Below are positions 40,547 through 50,028 of a DNA stretch of 64,000 nucleotides, in pieces; within the stretch, counting starts at the first letter, position 1; the number at the start of each line of letters is the position of its first letter. The DNA lies in contig CBDEGO010000003.1 of the NCBI GenBank assembly GCA_965237995.1, forward strand, positions 45,463-109,462, read 5' to 3'. This DNA is from Candidatus Poriferihabitaceae bacterium (lineage in GTDB: Bacteria > Pseudomonadota > Gammaproteobacteria > Arenicellales > Poriferihabitantaceae). The notes under the pieces are model-generated. The model was not told the DNA's origin. It searched no databases and was given only the letters and a program-made list of their open reading frames with translations. The position numbers were made by a program, and so were the translations under genes.

Positions 40547-41260
40547 TAAGGGGCTGTCCTAGATAACTAACCTATTTCTGTTTTAACCCATTGTTTCAAT
40601 TGTACTAATTGATCTTTTGGGTCACTGTTGTTAAATCGCCATTCACACTCTTTCAAAAAGAAGTGAAAATGCTTATTTGGAACACCATTAAACTTGCGTA
40701 AATGACGCTTCGCTTGATTCCAAAAATTCTCTATCCCATTGATGTGATTTTGTTTATCTGCAAGCAACACACTATGATTTATACGATAGTGCTTAAACTC
40801 ACTCACATCAAGCGCATTATAACCACGCCAGCAATCAGTATATACGATGCTGTCAGGCTTTACCTTTTGCCTAATTATCGGCATCAAAGTTTGTGTCTTG
40901 GCATCAGGTATCATTGCTGCATATACCTTGCCATTGCGTTTAAGTAAGCCAAATATAGGCACTTTACCTGCAGCTCCACGCCCTCGTTTACCTTTGCGTC
41001 TGCCACCAAAATAACTTTCATCTACTTCAATTTCACCAGCGAGCAAGCCAATGTTGTCTGTTTGCTCAAATATTAACTGCCGTAGACGATGAAAATAATA
41101 ACTTGCTGTAGACTTATTTACGCCGACTAATGAGGCTGCGGTTCTTGCAGTTGTACCCGCTACAAATAGCTCAATTAGTCTGTTTTGTTTATACTTGCTT
41201 AATCGACTCTTTCGCATCTAACCATACTAGATAATTTTAATTATCTAGGACAGCCCCTTA
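40547..41260 (-). mobile_element. IS1595-family insertion sequence (IS1016-like, ~714 bp)
   Basis: 20-bp perfect terminal inverted repeats, TAAGGGGCTGTCCTAGATAA at 40547 and its reverse complement ending at 41260, enclose a single transposase ORF. No matching flanking direct repeat was seen. Confidence 0.8.
40567..41217 (-). CDS. IS1595-family (ISXO2-like) DDE transposase
   Basis: N-terminal HTH (TARTAASLVGVNKSTASYYFHRLR), then EIEVDESYFGGRRKGKRGRGAAGKVPIFGLLKRNGKVY...TDCWRGY, characteristic of this family. Confidence 0.85.
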   Translation of the reverse strand: MRKSRLSKYKQNRLIELFVAGTTARTAASLVGVNKSTASYYFHRLRQLIFEQTDNIGLLAGEIEVDESYFGGRRKGKRGRGAAGKVPIFGLLKRNGKVYAAMIPDAKTQTLMPIIRQKVKPDSIVYTDCWRGYNALDVSEFKHYRINHSVLLADKQNHINGIENFWNQAKRHLRKFNGVPNKHFHFFLKECEWRFNNSDPKDQLVQLKQWVKTEIG

Positions 41261-41625
41261 CTCAAATAGCATTTTTCGCTTTAGTCGGTAACTTAATCTG
41301 GGCTTATTTCAGGTACAAAAATTCAATAAATAATGGAGGCACCGTAGGTAAAAGCATTTTAAGTACATACATAACGTGGCCAGGCATAGGTTTCAGTATA
41401 GTAGAGCTATCTAGGTATTTTATTTTTCTAGTTACGGGTAATTATTAGTATGCTTAAAAACCTAAATACGCATAACAAGAACATTAAGCTCACTTCGCCG
41501 AATTGGTGAAATATCACATTTTTATAAACTAATGAACCATGCTCAAAATACTGAGTCTTTAGTGTCAGAAGTTAGTTGGCGCGTTGAAGCCTTCAAACAC
41601 AGTTAAATTTTTACGAGATAATATC

Positions 41626-42078
41626 ATGAAAGCGATCACCACCTTGTTATCCAGCCTTTTTCTATCTTTACTTTTAGTTGGCCATGCAGCCGCTGGCAAA
41701 GACCCCGTTTATACTTCCTATTTCAATAATAACGGAGCGGGCGGCTACGATGTAACAGCCTATTTTAGTGAGAACGAAGCTGTTAAAGGCAACAAGAAAT
41801 TTAAAGCAGAATATATGGGTGCGCAGTGGTTGTTTACCTCCCAAGAAAACCTAGACAAGTTTACTGCAAGCCCTGAAGCCTATGCACCCCAATATGGCGG
41901 GTACTGCGCTTATGCTGCAGCTATTAACGCCACTGCTTCGGGAGACCCAGAGCAATGGTCAATTTACGACGGCAAGCTGTATTTAAACTATGACAAAAGC
42001 GTGAAAGAAATGTGGGATGGAAACAAAGTAGAGTACATTGCTAAAAGCGATATGAACTGGCCTGGATTAATTAAGTAA
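41626..42078 (+). CDS. YHS-domain protein (Cys form of the YHS (seleno)protein family), secreted
   Basis: Start at MKAITTLLSSLFLSLLLVGHAAAG (the track ORF starts at TTG 41584). Motifs GGYDVTAYF, WLFTSQENLDKF and YGGYCAYA. Confidence 0.75.
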   Translation: MKAITTLLSSLFLSLLLVGHAAAGKDPVYTSYFNNNGAGGYDVTAYFSENEAVKGNKKFKAEYMGAQWLFTSQENLDKFTASPEAYAPQYGGYCAYAAAINATASGDPEQWSIYDGKLYLNYDKSVKEMWDGNKVEYIAKSDMNWPGLIK

Positions 42079-42090
42079 AGGCAAAAGTGC

Positions 42091-42122
42091 GGTTAGTGAA
42101 CACCTTATTGTGTTCTCTAACC
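42091..42122 (+). terminator. hairpin after the YHS gene
   Basis: GGTTAGTGAACAC-cttatt-GTGTTCTCTAACC: 13-bp stem with one mismatch and no strong T-tract. Confidence 0.45.
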
Positions 42123-42652
42123 AGCTCTTGTAATTTAGGGTTTTTGTATTAATAGCTTTAAAAAATTATAAATATCAATTAGATACGCGACTGATATAAC
42201 TTAACTGCTCTTCCGGCTTTGATGCTGCCCGCACAGCAAACATACCCCCACTGAAATTTTTCTTATTTAAAAGACCTAGCCTGAATACGTCAATTCGAAT
42301 TTTTAAGATTCACCTACTTAGCCTCTTTGCCCAAAAACTATTTATCCGTTTTGTAAGATCGCTTTCAGTACGAAGCTGTCAAAACCCACTTTGTCTTTGA
42401 TACTCTAGATATAGAAATCTCGACTTTAGTAGTCAGAGGTACTGCTTTTGACGATAAGTCCCTTATAACCATTTATTATCGGTGCGATGGTAGCTTGAAT
42501 CAGTCGTTAGCGTAAATGCAGTAAATAGCGTAATCCGCTATGACAGGCTATCTACCCAATATGCCTTTACTTAGCGTTGCCAGCTACGATGATTAAATTT
42601 CTAACAATTGGTGCGCCAACAGGGTTCTAACTAGGTTTATAATTTGCACAAG

Positions 42653-43381
42653 ATGCGAAGCAACCTATTTCATATTCCGGCTCGCCCTAAAGCGCGAAAG
42701 TCTAGACGTTTAAATATTATAAAACTGTTGAGATGGTGCGCCTATCTTATTGTAATTACAACAATAGTTTTAGTGTTCCCACTAAGATGGGTAGACCCTC
42801 CTACGTCAAGCTATATTATGCGTTACGAAAAAGCAGCCCTGCGCGATGCAAGGCACCAATGGGTAGATTTTGATCAAATTGCATGGCAAATGCCGCTAGC
42901 TGCGATCGCCGCTGAAGACCAGCAATTTCCGAATCATTGGGGATTAGATTTGCGGCAAATTAGATTAGCCTTTAAACATAATGCGACTCGTTCTACCCCT
43001 TTAGGAGCCAGCACCATTTCTCAACAAACAGTAAAAAACCTCTATCTTTGGCCAAGTCGCAGCCTGTTTCGTAAAGGCTTAGAAGCTTGGCTCGCCATTG
43101 CGATGGAGCTCATGTTATCTAAAAAACGGATACTAGAAATTTATCTAAACATCGCTCAATTCGGTAAATCTGTATTTGGAATTGGCGCGGCCAGCTACCA
43201 TTATTTCGGCCAACCCGCTATCAATCTGAATCATTACCAAGCTTCATTACTCGCGGCCTCTTTGCCTACACCTTCTAGCTCTAACCCAGCCAAGCCTTCG
43301 AGTTATCTGCGCGAGCGTGGCTTAGCATTGCGCAAACAAATGCGCCAACTTGGTGGGCACCACGTCATAGATAAACTCTAG
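42653..43381 (+). CDS. mtgA: monofunctional peptidoglycan glycosyltransferase
   Basis: GT51 motifs AAEDQQFPNHWG and GASTISQQTVKNL with an N-terminal TM anchor. ATG at 42653 (the track starts at TTG 42644). Confidence 0.85.
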   Translation: MRSNLFHIPARPKARKSRRLNIIKLLRWCAYLIVITTIVLVFPLRWVDPPTSSYIMRYEKAALRDARHQWVDFDQIAWQMPLAAIAAEDQQFPNHWGLDLRQIRLAFKHNATRSTPLGASTISQQTVKNLYLWPSRSLFRKGLEAWLAIAMELMLSKKRILEIYLNIAQFGKSVFGIGAASYHYFGQPAINLNHYQASLLAASLPTPSSSNPAKPSSYLRERGLALRKQMRQLGGHHVIDKL

Positions 43382-43388
43382 GTTTTAC

Positions 43389-43781
43389 TCAAGGCTGATT
43401 GCTCGACTTAGGGATAGATTCGTCTAATTCGTGCCACATTGCTTTTGAACCTGCGTAGATATGGTATTTATTTGCACAGGTAAATGGAGTTTCAACGGAC
43501 CCAATTCGTAAACGCTTAATATCAGGTTTATCACGCCTTGCGCTGTATAAGGGGCTACCACAATGCCTACAAAACGCGCGCACTTTGTACTGACTTGATT
43601 GAAACTCCTTAATGTGTTCTTGCCCACTAAATTGCAATTTGTTGGATTCCAGTGGACTGTTTGTGGCAAAAGCACCGCCTTGCGCTTTTCTACATTGTGA
43701 ACAATGGCAATACGCTATTTCTTCAATATCGCCGTCATAGGTGTAACTTACGCGACCACACAAACATTGACCTTTAATCAT
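43389..43781 (-). CDS. GFA-family (CENP-V/glutathione-dependent formaldehyde-activating-like) zinc protein
   Basis: Cys clusters CLCG...CHCSQCRK...CRHCGSPLY, 130 aa. Confidence 0.8.
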   Translation of the reverse strand: MIKGQCLCGRVSYTYDGDIEEIAYCHCSQCRKAQGGAFATNSPLESNKLQFSGQEHIKEFQSSQYKVRAFCRHCGSPLYSARRDKPDIKRLRIGSVETPFTCANKYHIYAGSKAMWHELDESIPKSSNQP

Positions 43782-44466
43782 TATTTTCTTCGCTATATTG
43801 CTGTAACTCTTTGATTAAGCTACGATGTTGTTTCAATGCAGACTGGCCATTAGGTGTGAGTTGGTATACGCCACGACTAACCCGTTCAAACCAACCGTAA
43901 TGGTCATGTTGTAAGATATTGCCTGCGCGCTGCACGCCAGTTTCCTTCCTTAATAATCCAAGCGCTAACGGCCCCTTGGCAAGAGCTGACAAACAACGCA
44001 CTGCATCTTGTTTATATGCCGTCACGATAGGCGTTCCGGTGGTTCCGCCCAAATTTTGATCCCCTACCCGTTTCTCAAACTCAGTCAGCAATCGCTGCTG
44101 ACGGATGGCACTTCTGCGCGGCTTATACGGTACAGGGTCGCAGCGGACATTCACTTTTAGTGCTTTGTTATCTAAAGTAATAATCCCTAACCCAAGCCGC
44201 TGACATAAGCCACGCACCGTTTTCCATTTACGTTTCCATAACGGAGCAGAGTTAGGAAAAGCAATATAAACGGAATCACTTAACTTAAGCCGGTCGGTAG
44301 CTTGCAGAATTAAGTCTAAATTTAAGGTTAACTTAAGCTCGATAATCACCAATGGCTCAGCACCACGTTTAGCCACTAGATCGCAATGCTTAACTTCCCC
44401 TTTAACTTCGTAACCTTGCCTTTCAAGATAGTCGCGTAGTGGCGGATATAAGTCAGTTTCCTTCAC
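43774..44466 (-). CDS. DUF2161-like protein: PD-(D/E)xK nuclease-fold N-domain plus winged-helix C-domain
   Basis: N-terminal LYPPLRDYLERQGYEVKGEVKHCDLVAKRGAEPLVIIELK (D...ExK pattern). C-terminal helix-rich region with GNILQHDHYGWFERVSRGVYQLT. Confidence 0.55.
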   Translation of the reverse strand: MKETDLYPPLRDYLERQGYEVKGEVKHCDLVAKRGAEPLVIIELKLTLNLDLILQATDRLKLSDSVYIAFPNSAPLWKRKWKTVRGLCQRLGLGIITLDNKALKVNVRCDPVPYKPRRSAIRQQRLLTEFEKRVGDQNLGGTTGTPIVTAYKQDAVRCLSALAKGPLALGLLRKETGVQRAGNILQHDHYGWFERVSRGVYQLTPNGQSALKQHRSLIKELQQYSEENND

Positions 44467-44469
44467 GGT

Positions 44470-45315
44470 CTAAGCATCATGCTCCTTGAGAAGCGGCAAC
44501 CGATAGTCAGTCAACCTATCGGTTAAAAATGAATATTGCTCCCTTGCTTGTTGTATAACCGACCGAGAAATATGTAATTGCTTGAACGCTTCTTTTGTAT
44601 TCGGAAAATGCTTAGCGGGTGTATTTTTGTCCATCCACGGCAAGCAAAATATTGAGTTGCCATAATGCTCGCCAGCACGATTAAGGCTTAGTAAATAGAC
44701 TTGGTTTTCTATCGCACGTGTTTTGGCGAAATCATGCCAAGTCTCAAACGATTCATCTCGATAATAAGCACCACAATGCAAAATAATATCCACATTATGC
44801 TCTACTGATAAGGCTCGAGAAAGCTCTGGAATACGAATGTCATAACAAATAATCGGTGCCAAAGTAAAGCCGTTTAACTCAAAAGTAAATAGATGTGAAC
44901 CGCATTGAAAATAATCTTTCTCCATTGAAGCGCCATACTGCGCGAGATGCACTTTATTATAATGACCACGAAGCTGCCCGTTAGCATCCACCATGGCTAC
45001 ACAAATGAACGTGCCGTCATGGTTAGTTAAAGCGAAGCTGTAGACGACAGCAACATCGTAACGCGCTGCTAATGCACTCCAAGCTTTAAACGACGCCCCA
45101 TCCAGTGGCTCGGCTAACGTATCTAAGGCATTAAAACTCTCTCTTGAATAGTCTATGCTAGATAACTCGGGCAAGACAATCAGATCAACGTTCTCAGATT
45201 GCTCGATCGCTTTACTCACCTTATTTACTGAGGAACTGAGGTGGGCATCACGCTCTGCTGCCGTTACCATCGACGGCACAGTAAGTTGACAAGCCAACAG
45301 ACTAAGCGTTTTCAA
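44470..45315 (-). CDS. carbon-nitrogen hydrolase (nitrilase superfamily)
   Basis: Catalytic-triad contexts LPELSS (Glu), a conserved Lys region and ICYDIRIPE (Cys). Confidence 0.8.
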   Translation of the reverse strand: MKTLSLLACQLTVPSMVTAAERDAHLSSSVNKVSKAIEQSENVDLIVLPELSSIDYSRESFNALDTLAEPLDGASFKAWSALAARYDVAVVYSFALTNHDGTFICVAMVDANGQLRGHYNKVHLAQYGASMEKDYFQCGSHLFTFELNGFTLAPIICYDIRIPELSRALSVEHNVDIILHCGAYYRDESFETWHDFAKTRAIENQVYLLSLNRAGEHYGNSIFCLPWMDKNTPAKHFPNTKEAFKQLHISRSVIQQAREQYSFLTDRLTDYRLPLLKEHDA

Positions 45316-45357
45316 ATCGATGATGCCGTTTTCAGAGAGCTTTCAAGTGGTTTCACA

Positions 45358-46113
45358 TTACCCTGGCGGGGTAAAACTACAGAATATTTTCTTAACATAG
45401 TGATCGCTACGCCATTGATAACCCATACCAACCGGAACAATGAAGGTATCACCTGCTTCAAATTTAAACTCAATGTCATCGGCATTAATTACCGACCCTT
45501 TGCCTTCAATAATATGCATCAGCTCTGTTCGATTTATAACGTCAGGCACACGGCGCATTTGGTCACAATCCCATACGCCTGCATCAAATTGACTGTGACT
45601 GTATGGCGTAGCAATATTCATATTGGGCACGCCATTTTCAAAGCCCACAGCATCTAGCCCTGCCATGGCGGTTAATTGCATATGCGGACCAATTTTAGTC
45701 GCTCGCAACGCAGTATCTTTGATAGTGGCTTCTTGTGCAGGGCCACTAAAAATCACATAAAACTTGCGTACCTTCTCGGTTTGCTTCCAAACGCACAACA
45801 TACCTTTTGGTATAACAAAATGATCACCCGCTACAAACGTTTGCTCAGAACCCGATTCATCGATCAAAGTAACCGAACCTTCCAGCATATAAATATATTC
45901 ATGCACACTCCAACAATCTAGCTTAGTCACATAAGGTGTGCAGTCCCACAACCCGGCTGTTAGTCTGCCTTCATGTAAATTCAGATACTCATGCCCTCTC
46001 TGCACTGGCGCAGCAGAATCGAGCTCTTCTTCCGGTATTTCTTCCCACTCTGGAAGTTCACCCGCGTTGGGCCCATTTATATCGAGTTTAATTACGGTTT
46101 GATCTTTCATCAT
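45358..46113 (-). CDS. cupin-domain protein (bicupin)
   Basis: Two similar halves, each with a cupin-like strand pattern (EYIYMLEGSVTLIDESG...GDHFVIPKG and ELMHIIEGKGSVINADD...GDTFIVPVG). Confidence 0.6.
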   Translation of the reverse strand: MMKDQTVIKLDINGPNAGELPEWEEIPEEELDSAAPVQRGHEYLNLHEGRLTAGLWDCTPYVTKLDCWSVHEYIYMLEGSVTLIDESGSEQTFVAGDHFVIPKGMLCVWKQTEKVRKFYVIFSGPAQEATIKDTALRATKIGPHMQLTAMAGLDAVGFENGVPNMNIATPYSHSQFDAGVWDCDQMRRVPDVINRTELMHIIEGKGSVINADDIEFKFEAGDTFIVPVGMGYQWRSDHYVKKIFCSFTPPG

Positions 46114-46354
46114 ATTGATACTAAATTGGAAATATTAGGTTATTAGACCCCTTGCTATGCCTCTGCATAATTAGAAAATTTTAGCTGCTACGCTTCTTTA
46201 GCACGCCCACTTGAAATAATAGTACGATAAGCAATAATCGAATAACTTCGTATTGTCGACAATATCAGTTACTTGATACTAAACCTATCACCTTTCGCTC
46301 TCTGTGCAAGAGTATCATCGTAAGTAAATCATCTCTAATTCACATTGTGGATGT

Positions 46355-47272
46355 TCAGTCTGCTTGTTGTGGCGGCCGAGCTTTCGCGCCTTCCTTTTCG
46401 GTAGGCGTCACCAAAGTAATGCCAATCATCATCACCACTATCGACAACCGTACCCAAATAGAGTGTTCTTCAGCAAACAAAAGAATGCCCCAAAGTACGC
46501 CAGACAACGTCACAATGTAAGCTGTTTGACTAGCAAATACCGAACCCGATAAGCCGATCGTGTAAAAAAATAACGAGTAAGCTATAACACTAATTGCAGC
46601 TGTAGCCACAATTGCCATGCTGGAAATAGACCATATCCATGACACCGGCACCCCAACCCCTGTCCACAACAACATCACGCCTAGCGCTACAGAAGCGACG
46701 ATGGTCGACCCGCTAAGTATCTCAGTGATCGGCATTCTATCGCCGACCCCTTTTTCTATGAACACATTTTCAGCCGAGTAGCCAATCGCGCATAAGACTA
46801 CGAGTAGTATCCAAAAGCTGGCATCGTCACTCGCAAAGCCTTGATCAGGAATCACCAATAATAGTATAGCCACCATCCCTAACAAAATACCCATCGCACG
46901 CTTTAAGACCAACGCTTCATACCGTAGCACCCACATAATGAAGTAGGTAAAGACCGGCACGGTAGATACAGTAACCGACAAGATTCCAGCAGAAAGATGC
47001 GGCGCCGCGTTGTAATATAATAAATCTGGGGCAACGATACCTAACACGGCAATGGTTGAATAATGCTTCAAATGCTTAAAACGAAATGGTGGGATCTTTT
47101 TGATCCAACAAATCACAATAAATATCATCGCACTGAGTACCACCTGCCAGGCGGTTAGGGTTACTGCGGAGGTACCGTCAGCGGTTGCAATCAGCGCAAG
47201 AGAAAAAGTGACACCCCACAGTAATCCGCAAGTTAATATTAAAAGGTAAGGAAATACAGCGTTCTTTGTCAT
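46355..47272 (-). CDS. DMT-superfamily transporter (EamA-like)
   Basis: 305 aa, about 10 TM helices, two-repeat EamA-type topology. Confidence 0.8.
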   Translation of the reverse strand: MTKNAVFPYLLILTCGLLWGVTFSLALIATADGTSAVTLTAWQVVLSAMIFIVICWIKKIPPFRFKHLKHYSTIAVLGIVAPDLLYYNAAPHLSAGILSVTVSTVPVFTYFIMWVLRYEALVLKRAMGILLGMVAILLLVIPDQGFASDDASFWILLVVLCAIGYSAENVFIEKGVGDRMPITEILSGSTIVASVALGVMLLWTGVGVPVSWIWSISSMAIVATAAISVIAYSLFFYTIGLSGSVFASQTAYIVTLSGVLWGILLFAEEHSIWVRLSIVVMMIGITLVTPTEKEGAKARPPQQAD

Positions 47273-47586
47273 TACAAAAACCTGATGGGGCCAATATGAT
47301 GTCCATGCGACTGTAACAGATAGCCTACTAGCGAAACCAGAACCAAGTCGTTGATTGGTAATGTATCGTATAAATAGGTTCGATATAAAGTGATCGATAA
47401 TTTTGTGCCCATTTGCTTATACTAAAATAAAGCCTAGTAGACGCTGCTTTCTATTGTTGCTATAACCTTAATTTGTAAAATACTTAAAATCGAAAATGGA
47501 TACCAACCATGGTCACTTTCTTTCAAAGAAGTTCAATAATCAAACAATAACCGACATTCAACTTCACCAAACTTACGGATTGATCA

Positions 47587-48795
47587 ATGAAGGCAGTTAA
47601 GCTCTTTTTAATCGCTAGTCTGTTTCCTCTTACCGCGCAGGCTGGCATGGTTTTAAGTGGGGCGACTATTTTTCCAAGCCCAACGAGTGAAGTCATACAT
47701 ACAGGAAATATAATAGTCAAAAATGGAGTCATTGCGTCAGTTGATGAAGGAGCGATTTCAAGCCAAGCCGGTGCTATTGATCTATCAGGCAAGTTCATCA
47801 CAGCGGGGTTTTGGAACACTCATGTTCACTACTTATTTGAAATTTCTGATACGCGTTCTGAAAACCTAACGAAGATCGAGTCTCTTTTATCAGAATATTT
47901 TTTACAATGGGGGTTCGTGAATACAGTCGATGTGGGCTCTAACCCCGAGGTTCTTTTATCGATAGATGAAGCCATTCAATCTGGAAAAGTAGTTGGACCA
48001 AATATTTACCAAATAGGCGGGAGTTTTGTGCCAGAAGGAGGCTCCCCATTTTACGTCCCACTTAAATTTCCAGAGTTTAAATCATCTCAACAAGCCAAAG
48101 AGTTGGCGTTGTCAGCACTGGAACTCGGCATGGATGGTATCAAACTGTTTACGGGTTCTTGGGACACCCCTGAAACAGTCGTTTTGATGAATCCTGAGCA
48201 CGCAAAAATTGCAGTAGATACTGCCCATGAGCGAGGAAAATTGGTTTTTGCTCATCCTTCAGATTCTGACGGCGCACGCATTGCCATCGAGTCAGGGGTA
48301 GACGTCCTAGCACATGCTTTTCCACCCGAGTTAAAAGGCCCATGGGATAAGTCATTACCGGCAAAAATGAAACAAACTGGTACAGCGTTAATCCCCACAC
48401 TTAAGCTATTCCGCCATGATTTACAACAGATTGGATTGCCTAAATTTATTATAGACCGCGTTGAGCAGAACGCGATAGACCAAGTTTCTGCGGCGCATAA
48501 AGAAGGTTGCCAAATACTGTTTGGAACAGATGTTGGTCATATGGATGACCCAAACACGACCCAAGAGTTTATTCTTATGGAAAAAGCGGGTTTAGATTTC
48601 AATGATATTCTTAGTGCACTCACTGTAGAGCCTTCAAAGTTATTTGATGTTGCTGATCATCAAGGAGTCGTAAAGAAAAACTTTCAGGCAGATTTTGTAG
48701 TACTAAACTCTGATCCTAGATCGAACGTCACTGCATTTGCAGATGTCTACATGATTATTAAAGAGGGCGAAGTCATTTATAAAAAAGAGACATAG
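47587..48795 (+). CDS. amidohydrolase-family metallohydrolase, secreted
   Basis: Signal peptide MKAVKLFLIASLFPLTAQA, HxH motif (WNTHVHY) and a later His/Asp set (FAHPSD, LAHAF, GTDVGH). Confidence 0.75.
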   Translation: MKAVKLFLIASLFPLTAQAGMVLSGATIFPSPTSEVIHTGNIIVKNGVIASVDEGAISSQAGAIDLSGKFITAGFWNTHVHYLFEISDTRSENLTKIESLLSEYFLQWGFVNTVDVGSNPEVLLSIDEAIQSGKVVGPNIYQIGGSFVPEGGSPFYVPLKFPEFKSSQQAKELALSALELGMDGIKLFTGSWDTPETVVLMNPEHAKIAVDTAHERGKLVFAHPSDSDGARIAIESGVDVLAHAFPPELKGPWDKSLPAKMKQTGTALIPTLKLFRHDLQQIGLPKFIIDRVEQNAIDQVSAAHKEGCQILFGTDVGHMDDPNTTQEFILMEKAGLDFNDILSALTVEPSKLFDVADHQGVVKKNFQADFVVLNSDPRSNVTAFADVYMIIKEGEVIYKKET

Positions 48796-49021
48796 GGCTT
48801 CAAAATTAATTCATGAGTAGATGCTTTAAAGCAATAGACGCCTTTTCGATAAGCTCACTTTGATCCTAGTTCCGTAGGTCTTGACTTTACCAAAAGGTGA
48901 AAACATACTCACTACGGTCATTCTGAAGACAAAGGAATCATACTAATCTGCTGCCTAATGTTGATTATCCAGTCACTTTCAAATGATGTGGCAACGTATC
49001 CCTTTTACCAAAAAGATCACT

Positions 49022-49426
49022 ATGCTAAATCCATTTCACCTATCATTTGTAGTACCTAATAAGGCCGAAGCTAAACAGTTTTATGTTGACACTCTAGGGT
49101 GTGAAGTCGGTAGAGACAATGACAATTGGTTCGATATTCTTTTTTTTGGTCATCAAATTACTATCCACCAAGCAACAAACCGAATGCAGTCCTATGTGAT
49201 CGATCATTTTGGTCCTGTGCTGACAAAAGAGGAGTGGCAAGCTATTGCTCAACGACTTGAGGCTGCTGGCGTAGAATATGTAGCAAAACCTTTTGTAAGA
49301 GCCGATTCTAGCGGTAATGAATCGGGTAAATATTTAATAGAAGACCCATCTGGCAATACTCTAGAGTTCAAATACTACGATAACTTCGAACAAACAGTTG
49401 GCGAAAGTACGCAACAAGCGTGTTAA
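49022..49426 (+). CDS. VOC-family (glyoxalase/bleomycin-resistance/dioxygenase fold) protein
   Basis: Start at MLNPFHLSFVVPN (the track ORF begins at 48983). Typical VOC beta-alpha-beta-beta-beta pattern ending with PSGNTLEF. Confidence 0.7.
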   Translation: MLNPFHLSFVVPNKAEAKQFYVDTLGCEVGRDNDNWFDILFFGHQITIHQATNRMQSYVIDHFGPVLTKEEWQAIAQRLEAAGVEYVAKPFVRADSSGNESGKYLIEDPSGNTLEFKYYDNFEQTVGESTQQAC

Positions 49427-49441
49427 ATCTGCTCAATTTTA

Positions 49442-49900
49442 ATGAAGTTTAGTATTCGAAAATCTTCGCCAGAAGATGCATCAATTGTTATTGAGTTACT
49501 TAATGAGTTTGCGGAATATGAAAATATTCCAACTGACGAGGTGAAGTTGACCAAAGAAAGGTTCCGTATCTATGGGTTTGGTGAATTGAAATGCTTCGAC
49601 TGCGATATAGGTTTTGCCGATGATAAACCCATTTCCTATACTTTATATTCCACTAGATTTTCAGGTCTTAAAGGACGCCCTGTTATTTATTTAGAAGACT
49701 TATTTGTCTCTCATGAGCACCGCAAGAATGGATTTGGTAAGATGATGCTGATGCACACGTTAGACTATGCAAAATCCATTGATTGTGAATTTGTAGAATG
49801 GGTCGTATCTGATAAAAATACTCCAGCACAACAATTTTATAAGCACATAGGAGCAACTCTAAAACAAGAAAACATAGTTTGTAGAATAAGCTCGAAATGA
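49442..49900 (+). CDS. GNAT-family N-acetyltransferase (diamine acetyltransferase-like)
   Basis: Acetyl-CoA binding motif LEDLFVSHEHRKNGFGKMMLMH, 152 aa. Confidence 0.8.
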   Translation: MKFSIRKSSPEDASIVIELLNEFAEYENIPTDEVKLTKERFRIYGFGELKCFDCDIGFADDKPISYTLYSTRFSGLKGRPVIYLEDLFVSHEHRKNGFGKMMLMHTLDYAKSIDCEFVEWVVSDKNTPAQQFYKHIGATLKQENIVCRISSK

Positions 49901-50028
49901 CCGTTTTGGGCAAAACTAAGCCAGTCGATGAAGGCCTTTAACATGGTTATAGCGCCTTTCCTTAAGTAACTCCATAAGAAATTGGCACCCTTTAAGAACG
50001 CAACATCATATCTAGCTAAATAATAATC

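Noticed and set aside
42079-42643. Possible pseudogene or ncRNA in the 560-bp gene-free spacer upstream of mtgA.
   Set aside because: All six frames are interrupted or lack starts. The one ~60-codon open stretch has no recognisable similarity, and I saw no convincing conserved RNA structure. It cannot be supported without covariance-model or expression data.
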